Positions 1 through 7,547 of a DNA stretch of 64,000 nucleotides are shown piece by piece. Source of the stretch: Chitinophagales bacterium (lineage in GTDB: Bacteria > Bacteroidota > Bacteroidia > Chitinophagales > JADIYW01); NCBI GenBank assembly GCA_020636535.1, contig JACJXT010000011.1, positions 712,680 to 776,679 of the forward strand, in the 5' to 3' direction. How positions within the stretch are numbered: the first letter of the stretch is position 1; each line of letters opens with the position of its first letter. Made by a program: the position numbers and the translations under genes. Below the pieces are notes generated by a model that was given only the letters and a program-made list of their open reading frames with translations, made no database searches and was not told where the DNA came from.

Positions 1-582
1 CTAACATTTATAGATGAAAGTATTGTAGACAGTTTTATTGTAGAGGAAGAAGAATCAAATGGACTGACAGTTAGCATTGAAGAATTTAATAAAATAAAAG
101 TACAATTAAGTTCAGGACAAAGTATTATTCTATATATTATTTCGGAAATATTATCAAATATTAGGTATGACTCACTTATTCTTTTTGATGAACCTGAGAC
201 ACATTTACATCCAAATGCGATATCTCAATTGATAAATCTAATTTATGATTTAGTAAATCGCTTTGATTCATATTGTATAATTACTACACACTCACCATTA
301 ATTATACAAGAACTTCTGTCAAGAAATGTTTTTGTAATGGAAAGGCATGAAAGTATAAGTTCAATTAGGAAAATTAGTATTGAGTCTTTTGGTGAAAATC
401 TATCAAATTTAACAGAAGAAGTTTTCGGAAATAAAGAGATATCAAAACAGTATAAAAAAATAATAGATAAATTAATAGAGAAGGATTATTCTTATAATGA
501 AATTATTGAAAGTATAGAGTCTGATAATATACCTTTAAGTTTAAATTTAAGATTGTATATAAAAAGCCAATTATTACGATGA
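1..582 (+). CDS. AAA/ABC-type ATPase, C-terminal part (5' end lies outside the window); PtuA-like
   Basis: Frame 1 is open from base 1, so the listed Met at 229 is internal. Translation shows the signature LSSGQ, Walker B LILFDEPETHLHP and H-loop ITTHSP. The stop overlaps the next start (ATGA at 579-582). Confidence 0.6.
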   Translation, partial: LTFIDESIVDSFIVEEEESNGLTVSIEEFNKIKVQLSSGQSIILYIISEILSNIRYDSLILFDEPETHLHPNAISQLINLIYDLVNRFDSYCIITTHSPLIIQELLSRNVFVMERHESISSIRKISIESFGENLSNLTEEVFGNKEISKQYKKIIDKLIEKDYSYNEIIESIESDNIPLSLNLRLYIKSQLLR

Positions 583-1439
583 AGAATATAAAAGCATACA
601 TAGATGATTGTTTTACTTTTCATGAACAAATTGTTGCAAGTAAAAAAAAAAGAAAATCTGACCAAGCTTATAAAGATAGATTAATAATATTAAATCCTAT
701 AATAAAAATAAAAATTAAAGAATATATAGCTAATTTTAAGTTAGATAAATTACAGAATTTATTGCCTCATAATTTTAGTAATCCTGAAGAAGAAGATTTA
801 GGTAATTTATATAATTACAAGAATAAAAAATTGCAAAAATTAAAAGTGTTATTAACTACTGATGAAAATAATAGAGTAAATAGTATATGTCAAAATTGTA
901 CAATAAGTGAAGTAAATTCATTTGATCATTATCTTCCCAAAAGTGAATTTCCTGAATTTATTGTGAATCCATTAAATCTAATTCCAAGCTGTACCAAATG
1001 TAATGGACAAAAAAGTTCTATATGGAGAGCAAATGGAAAACGAAAGTTTTTAAATCTTTATATAGATAAACTACCTAATATTCAATATTTATTTGTGAAA
1101 GTATTAGTGCAAAATAATGATATTGATATAGAGTATTATTTAGATGCGAAAAATGGAATTGAACAAAACTTTTTTGAACTATTACAGTATCATTATGATA
1201 AACTTAATTTATTTGAAAGATTTAAAGAAAATAGTGATATTATTATTTCTGAGTTAGAGATAGAGATTTCCAAATATTTAAAAAGATTATCAATTGATGA
1301 AATTAAAAATACAATCTTAGAAGAATGCCAAGATAATTATAGATTACTTGGTAGGAATAATTGGAAACTAATATTAAAATCTACCTTAATCAATGATATG
1401 GATTATTTAGAAAGGTTTAATACCAAAAATTTTATCTAA
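579..1439 (+). CDS. HNH (His-Me finger) endonuclease, PtuB-like
   Basis: 286 aa with CQNCT ... SFDHYLPKS ... NPLNLIPSCTKCNGQKSS (CxxC, DH, N, CxxCN). Translationally coupled to the upstream ATPase. Confidence 0.6.
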   Translation: MKNIKAYIDDCFTFHEQIVASKKKRKSDQAYKDRLIILNPIIKIKIKEYIANFKLDKLQNLLPHNFSNPEEEDLGNLYNYKNKKLQKLKVLLTTDENNRVNSICQNCTISEVNSFDHYLPKSEFPEFIVNPLNLIPSCTKCNGQKSSIWRANGKRKFLNLYIDKLPNIQYLFVKVLVQNNDIDIEYYLDAKNGIEQNFFELLQYHYDKLNLFERFKENSDIIISELEIEISKYLKRLSIDEIKNTILEECQDNYRLLGRNNWKLILKSTLINDMDYLERFNTKNFI

Positions 1440-2376
1440 TAAAACACACTTTTTGTGTTAGGCATTGTAGTGTCATTGGTGCGTTGCCAATGTATTCACC
1501 ATCCATATCAATAGTAATTATATTTTTATCTGATGATTGTATGGTAATTTTTTCAAATTGATGGTACTGCACTTCTGGATGGTCTATTTTAATACATTTT
1601 TTTACCGTACCTAAATTTTTAAAGTAATCGCCTAAGCTAACATCGCCAATAATGATAAATGAAAATAAGCCATCGTCTACTTTTGCATCTGGAGCAACAC
1701 CTAAGCCATTACCAAAATATTTTCCGTTAGCAACTACCATGTTGACGACTTTTCCTTCCCAACAAAAATCATCATTAAAAGCTTGTACACTGGTGTTTTT
1801 ATAAGTAGCTAATGTTGAAGTAATCGACCAAAAATAATTAATGTCTGCACCTAACCAACTTGGCATGGCATCTTTTCTTTTTACGGTTTCGCCACCCATG
1901 CCAACATCAGTTATATTCATAAAAAAACGAACCGACTGTTGTTGATTGTTGTTGTAATATTGCACCCAACCGATGTCTGTAAGTTGTTGACTGTTATTAT
2001 CTATTAAACTTTTTATATTTTGAAGTGTAGTATTTTTATAAATTGTTTTTACAAAATCGTTAGCACTTCCTGCTGGATATATACCAATTTTTAATTGAGC
2101 AATTTTATGCCAATCAAAATCGTTGATGTTTCTATTATCGTTGAGTTGAAAATAATCTACAATGCCATTAATGCCTTCGTTGAGTGTTCCATCACCACCT
2201 ACAAAAATGAAATGAGTACATTGTTCTTCTATGGCTTTTTTACATAAAGCAGACATTTGTCCAGCATAAGAAGAAATATATAATTCAATAGTATAAGTAT
2301 TAAAAGTAGATTTAATTTCTTGTTCAACTTTATTGAGTTTCTTAATTTTTCCGTTGATGATAAAAGCAATCTTCAT
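1432..2376 (-). CDS. YegS/BmrU-type lipid kinase (diacylglycerol kinase catalytic domain)
   Basis: 314 aa with the DAGK_cat hallmark FIFVGGDGTLNEGINGI. Last gene of a three-gene minus-strand operon. Confidence 0.75.
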   Translation of the reverse strand: MKIAFIINGKIKKLNKVEQEIKSTFNTYTIELYISSYAGQMSALCKKAIEEQCTHFIFVGGDGTLNEGINGIVDYFQLNDNRNINDFDWHKIAQLKIGIYPAGSANDFVKTIYKNTTLQNIKSLIDNNSQQLTDIGWVQYYNNNQQQSVRFFMNITDVGMGGETVKRKDAMPSWLGADINYFWSITSTLATYKNTSVQAFNDDFCWEGKVVNMVVANGKYFGNGLGVAPDAKVDDGLFSFIIIGDVSLGDYFKNLGTVKKCIKIDHPEVQYHQFEKITIQSSDKNIITIDMDGEYIGNAPMTLQCLTQKVCFIR

Positions 2377-2401
2377 AGTTATTCATTTAAAGATACTCAA
2401 A

Positions 2402-3958
2402 TTATTTCCAAGAATGCATAATTTGCCATTCCTTTTTGTAGTGTTCTATTTCGTTAGCTACTTGTTCTTCTGTCCAATGTAATTCTTTTTGCATAATGCT
2501 GACAATACTATTAATTAATGCTTCATTCCATTGTTGCATAGCATAAGAGATAATTGTTCTTCTAGTCAATACATCGGTTAATCGTACTGCATGTTGGTGT
2601 CGTATAAAAAACAAAACTTCGGCAATTGTATAATTAAAATCAGTTATTGTTTGTAAGTACGATTCATTTTCTTGAATGATTGCTGCAATTAGCGAAGCAT
2701 TTTTAATGCCATACTTATTTTTAAATTGGTCAATTAAACTTTCTAAAACAACTTCTTCATTTTGTTTAGAACTAATAATATGTTTTTCTGTAATGGTTAA
2801 AATAGTATTTTCTGCCATCGATAAGAAAGAAGTCAATTTTCCACCAGAAATAGTCAGCAAGTTATCGTTGTTCCACCAAATATTATAATCTCTAGAGCGT
2901 TGATTGCTTTTCTTACTTTCATCGTTATCGTTTAACAAAGGTCGTAATCCTGCATACACACTTAAAATATCATCGTAGGAAAGTTGTTTGTTTTTTAGTT
3001 GAGCATTTAAACTATTTAATATATAATCTATTTCTTCTTTTTCTGTCCAAATGGTATCTAAAGACTGATTATAATCTGTATCTGTAGTTCCTACAATATT
3101 CAAATTCTCTTCCCAAGGAATACACCACAACATTCGTCCATCATTATTTGTTGTAGGAAATAAAAGCACACAATCTTTAGGTAAATGGTCGTTGCTTACA
3201 ATTAAATGTATGCCTTTACTAGGAGCCATATATTGTTGTGTATCATTTGGATTGAATTTTCGCAGTGTTTCATCTGTCCAAATTCCAGTTGCATTGACAA
3301 AGACTTTACTTCGTATATTAATCAATTGATTATTTAATATGTCTAAACATTCTATACTTGTAACTTGATTATTATTAGTAATAAAGTTTTGTAGTGTTAG
3401 ATAATTTATAGCAATAGCACCTAATTCTGTTGCTTGCTGAATGACTTCATTGGTTAATCGTGCATCATTGGTTTTAGCATCGTAGTAGATGTAACCACCA
3501 ATCATGTCATCTGTTTTTATTTGCGGAAATTTATCTTTTACTTCATCAATTTCTAGTGAATTGTGTTTAGGTAAAGAAGTTTCGCCACTTAAATAATCGT
3601 AACCAGATAAACCTATATAGTATTTTAATTTATTTAATCTTGATTTATAAATTGGCATAAAAAAAGGTTGTGGTTTTATTAAATGCGGATATTCACTTAA
3701 TAAATGTTCTCTTTCGTGTAATGCTTCTCTAACCAATTTAATTTGTAGTTGTTGTAAATATCTCAAACCACCGTGAATTAATTTTGCAGAACGAGAACTT
3801 GTACCAGAAGCAAAATCTGCTTTGTCAATAATTAAAGTCTTCCAACCTTTTCTAGCAGCTGTTAAAGCAATACCAGCACCAGTTATTCCACCACCTATTA
3901 CAACTATATCAAATTTTTCATTTTTTAATTTATAGATATGATTATTTCTTATATTCAT
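2402..3958 (-). CDS. glpD: FAD-dependent glycerol-3-phosphate dehydrogenase
   Basis: 518 aa with N-terminal dinucleotide fold DIVVIGGGITGAGIA and SSRSAKLIHGGLRYL, typical of GlpD. Confidence 0.85.
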   Translation of the reverse strand: MNIRNNHIYKLKNEKFDIVVIGGGITGAGIALTAARKGWKTLIIDKADFASGTSSRSAKLIHGGLRYLQQLQIKLVREALHEREHLLSEYPHLIKPQPFFMPIYKSRLNKLKYYIGLSGYDYLSGETSLPKHNSLEIDEVKDKFPQIKTDDMIGGYIYYDAKTNDARLTNEVIQQATELGAIAINYLTLQNFITNNNQVTSIECLDILNNQLINIRSKVFVNATGIWTDETLRKFNPNDTQQYMAPSKGIHLIVSNDHLPKDCVLLFPTTNNDGRMLWCIPWEENLNIVGTTDTDYNQSLDTIWTEKEEIDYILNSLNAQLKNKQLSYDDILSVYAGLRPLLNDNDESKKSNQRSRDYNIWWNNDNLLTISGGKLTSFLSMAENTILTITEKHIISSKQNEEVVLESLIDQFKNKYGIKNASLIAAIIQENESYLQTITDFNYTIAEVLFFIRHQHAVRLTDVLTRRTIISYAMQQWNEALINSIVSIMQKELHWTEEQVANEIEHYKKEWQIMHSWK

Positions 3959-5607
3959 TTATTGAATAATTTTCCAGGATTTAAAATGTTTTTAGGATCT
4001 ATTTTATTTTTTATACTTCTCAAAATATCTAAGCCAATAGGATCACTGTATTGCAAATACCATTTTTGATGATCGTATCCTACACTATGATGATGTGATA
4101 CTGAACCATTATTTCGTTTAATTGTATCGGTCACTAAGTTTTTAATTTCTTGCCATTGTTCAATCTCACTGCCTTTATGCATTGGCGTAATTAAGGTAAA
4201 ATACATACAAGCTGCATTTGCATAGATATGCGAAATATGTGCTAAAAATAATCCTTTATTTTTATTAAATGCTTTTGATTTTTCTAGTTTGCTTGTTAAC
4301 TCTTGGTGTAGTTTTAAAACATCATTCCAATGAATAAGTGTTTCCATCGTATCTATATATACAGCATGTTCTACAAATGTATCACGCAAATAAGGTGTTT
4401 TAAATCTGTTGGCAGCCCAATTTTCTCCAATACTACTTGGAGCAATCATGCCATCGTATTTATCCACTAAGTTTTTTGCATAAACCATTTGCGAAGCAGA
4501 GTTATAACTATTTTGTACAAATCGCATAATCAATACACAAGGTTCATTGAGATTTTTCCAATCTAAAATAAATTTTTGTGCTTCTTTTTTAAATTGTTCT
4601 ACTAGTCCACCTTTCTCTGTATGATTATTACCTAATTTAGAAAACAACATCGTTTCTTTAGCATCAGACAATCGTACTACAGATGGTTTGATGTCTGCTT
4701 GTGCAATAGCTTTTAAGTAGTTGGTGCCTTGTTCAAAATTTGGAAACAATGCTACTACCCAACGATAACTTTTTGGTAGTTTTTTAATTTTTACGGTTAC
4801 TTCAGTTACAATACCTAAAGTACCTTCGCTTCCTACAAATAATGGCATTAAGTTTATTCCACTAGCATCGTGAGAATAGTCGTTAGTATATAAAGTTCCT
4901 GTTGGTGTTACTACACAAAGTTGTTCTACTAAGTCTTCAATTTTTCCATAGTACGAAGACTCTTGTCCAGCACCTCGTGTAACTACCCAACCACCAAGTG
5001 TAGAATATTCAAACGATTGAGGAAAGTGTCCTAATGTAAAACCTTTTTCGTTGAGTTCGTCTTCTAAATCTGGACCTAAAATTCCTGCTTGAAATGTAGC
5101 AGTAAAATGGTCTTCATCAAAAGCAATCATTTTATTAAAGTGTTGTAAGTTAATACAACAAGTAAGCGTTGTTTTATTGGTTTGTGTTAAAGCACCTACT
5201 ACATTGCTTCCACCACCAAATGGAATAATTTTTATATTATTATCATTACATTGTTGTACGATGTATTCAATTTCTTGTTTGGTTGTAGGATAAAAAACAA
5301 AGTCTGGAGCAATAATATTGTCGTTTTTGCAAATTCTAATGACATCGTAATAGCTTTTTCCAAGTGCTACTTTTAATCGGTCGCTATCTTTAAAGCTCAT
5401 TTTTTTTTGAGGAATAGAAGCAAAAATGTTTTTAATTTCTTCCGTTTTTTTATCACTCAATTGAGCTAAATTAAATTTGGTAGGTGGTTTAAATTCTTCT
5501 CTAAACGAAGTTTGCCAAAATTCTTCTAAGTACTGTTTTGCTTTCGGATAATCATTTATGTGTTTACTTTCTTCAAGATTTCCCCATTTCCACCAATCTT
5601 TGTTCAT
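3955..5607 (-). CDS. FAD-linked oxidase, alkyl-dihydroxyacetonephosphate synthase (AGPS)-like
   Basis: 550 aa. N-terminal WWKWGN, an FAD-binding PCMH-type region, and C-terminal SHHHSVG ... IDPKNILNPGK, matching the AGPS HHH(G/S)VG active-site motif rather than the GEHGIG of GlcD. 4-nt overlap with glpD. Confidence 0.7.
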   Translation of the reverse strand: MNKDWWKWGNLEESKHINDYPKAKQYLEEFWQTSFREEFKPPTKFNLAQLSDKKTEEIKNIFASIPQKKMSFKDSDRLKVALGKSYYDVIRICKNDNIIAPDFVFYPTTKQEIEYIVQQCNDNNIKIIPFGGGSNVVGALTQTNKTTLTCCINLQHFNKMIAFDEDHFTATFQAGILGPDLEDELNEKGFTLGHFPQSFEYSTLGGWVVTRGAGQESSYYGKIEDLVEQLCVVTPTGTLYTNDYSHDASGINLMPLFVGSEGTLGIVTEVTVKIKKLPKSYRWVVALFPNFEQGTNYLKAIAQADIKPSVVRLSDAKETMLFSKLGNNHTEKGGLVEQFKKEAQKFILDWKNLNEPCVLIMRFVQNSYNSASQMVYAKNLVDKYDGMIAPSSIGENWAANRFKTPYLRDTFVEHAVYIDTMETLIHWNDVLKLHQELTSKLEKSKAFNKNKGLFLAHISHIYANAACMYFTLITPMHKGSEIEQWQEIKNLVTDTIKRNNGSVSHHHSVGYDHQKWYLQYSDPIGLDILRSIKNKIDPKNILNPGKLFNK

Positions 5608-5620
5608 TTGTTTTTTTAGC

Positions 5621-5628
5621 CAAATATA
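5621..5628 (-). promoter_or_regulatory. Candidate Bacteroidota -7 promoter box (TATATTTG) for the AGPS-like/glpD/kinase operon
   Basis: The minus strand reads TATATTTG (TAnnTTTG), 13 nt upstream of the ATG at 5607. Confidence 0.35.
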
Positions 5629-5662
5629 ATCATTAAATAAAATGTATTTGTAGATATTCTGC

Positions 5663-5670
5663 TACCTTTG
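5663..5670 (+). promoter_or_regulatory. Candidate Bacteroidota -7 promoter box (TACCTTTG) for the ABC-F gene
   Basis: TACCTTTG lies 14 nt upstream of the ATG at 5685. The 18-mer TACCTTTGCAAAAAAATT recurs upstream of gldC. Confidence 0.4.
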
Positions 5671-5684
5671 CAAAAAAATTTGCG

Positions 5685-7301
5685 ATGATTGCTGTAAATA
5701 ATCTGTCTTTACAATTTGGGAAACGAGTTTTGTTCGATGAAGTGAATATAAAATTTACTAAAGGTAACTGTTATGGTGTTATTGGTGCTAATGGTGCAGG
5801 AAAATCTACCTTTTTAAAAATATTATCTGGAGAAATTGCAAGCACAACAGGAAATGTAGAAATCAGTCCAGGTGAAAGAATGTCTGTATTGAAGCAAAAT
5901 CACTTTGAGTTTGATGAAAATCAAGTGATTGATACTGTGATTATGGGAAATAAAGTGTTGTACGACATCATGAAAGAAAAAGATGCTTTATATGCTAAAC
6001 CAGATTTTTCTGATGCAGATGGTTTGAGAGTTGGTGATTTAGAAGCACAATTTGCAGAAATGGATGGTTGGAATGCAGAAAGTGATGCAGCTGAGTTATT
6101 GAGCAATTTAGGTGTGAAAGAAGAGCATCATTATCAGTTGATGAAAGAGTTGCCTTCTAACTTAAAAATTAAAGTGTTGTTGGCACAAGCATTATTTGGT
6201 AATCCAGATATTTTGATTTTAGATGAGCCAACCAACGATTTAGATGTAAATACGATTGCTTGGTTAGAAAACTTTTTGGCAGATTTCAAAAATACAGTTA
6301 TCGTAGTATCGCATGACAGACACTTTTTAGATATGGTGTGTACGCATGTGGTAGATATCGATTTTTCTAAAGTTAATTTATTTACAGGTAACTATACTTT
6401 TTGGTACGAAACTTCTACTTTATTAGCAAAACAAAGAGCTGATAAAAACAAAAAGAACGAAGCTAAAAAAGCAGAGTTATTAGACTTTATTGCGAGATTC
6501 AGTGCCAATGCATCGAAATCAAAACAAGCAACTTCTAGAAAGAAAGCATTAGATAAATTAGATATAGAAAGTATAAAACCTTCTAGTAGAAGATATCCTG
6601 GAATTTTCTTCAAACAAAGTAGAGAGGCAGGTGATAAAATTTTAGAAGTGACTAAATTATCTTACGACAACAAAGATGGCAAAACACTATTTAATGATGT
6701 ATCTTTCGTAGTAAATAAGAAAGATAAAATTGCAGTTATTTCTAATGATGGATTGGCTGTTTCTAATTTATTTAAAATTTTGGCAGGAGAGCAGCAACCA
6801 AAATCTGGAAGTTATGAATTTGGAGTCACCATTACAAAATCATACATACCAAATGACAATACGGCTTATTTTCAGTCAGATTTGAATTTAATTGATTGGT
6901 TGAGACAATATTCTGAAGAAAAAGACGAGACATTTATTCGTGGATTTTTAGGTAGAATGCTATTTAGTGGTGAAGAAACACTTAAAAGTTGTAAAGTACT
7001 TTCTGGTGGAGAAAAAGTAAGGTGTATGTTGTCTAAAACGATGTTAGAAGAAGCCAACTTTTTAATTTTAGATGAACCTACGAATCACCTAGACTTAGAA
7101 TCTATTACTTCATTAAACAATGGTTTGATAGATTACGAAGGCAGTATGGTATTTACATCGCATGACCACACTTTTATGCATACCATTGCCAATAGAATTA
7201 TAGAAATTACACCAAAAGGCATTATTGATAGATTAATGTCGTATGATGAATATTTAGCAGACGACAAAGTACAAGCACTAAGAGCAGAAATGTACAGTTG
7301 A
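5685..7301 (+). CDS. ABC-F family ATPase (YbiT/EttA-like, two ABC domains, no TM domain)
   Basis: 538 aa with two Walker A/signature/Walker B sets (GANGAGKST, ILILDEPTNDLD; LSGGEKVR, LILDEPTNHLD) and a K-rich interdomain linker. Confidence 0.85.
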   Translation: MIAVNNLSLQFGKRVLFDEVNIKFTKGNCYGVIGANGAGKSTFLKILSGEIASTTGNVEISPGERMSVLKQNHFEFDENQVIDTVIMGNKVLYDIMKEKDALYAKPDFSDADGLRVGDLEAQFAEMDGWNAESDAAELLSNLGVKEEHHYQLMKELPSNLKIKVLLAQALFGNPDILILDEPTNDLDVNTIAWLENFLADFKNTVIVVSHDRHFLDMVCTHVVDIDFSKVNLFTGNYTFWYETSTLLAKQRADKNKKNEAKKAELLDFIARFSANASKSKQATSRKKALDKLDIESIKPSSRRYPGIFFKQSREAGDKILEVTKLSYDNKDGKTLFNDVSFVVNKKDKIAVISNDGLAVSNLFKILAGEQQPKSGSYEFGVTITKSYIPNDNTAYFQSDLNLIDWLRQYSEEKDETFIRGFLGRMLFSGEETLKSCKVLSGGEKVRCMLSKTMLEEANFLILDEPTNHLDLESITSLNNGLIDYEGSMVFTSHDHTFMHTIANRIIEITPKGIIDRLMSYDEYLADDKVQALRAEMYS

Positions 7302-7547
7302 TTGTAATATTGATTTTATGCTTACTTATTATACTTTTTTAATATTTGTCTGATTTTCTTTGACATTTACTGTTGGAGTTCATGTCTGTGTAATAGATAA
7401 AGAGTCTATTCTTATTTACTTTAGATAAAGAGCATCATTTTTATTGTATTTTTATTCTTCGTTTTTATTGACAAAAGTAAAAATTTGTAACTATAAAAAT
7501 TTGAAGATAAACCATACATTTATCATAAATTATTAATACAAGATTAT

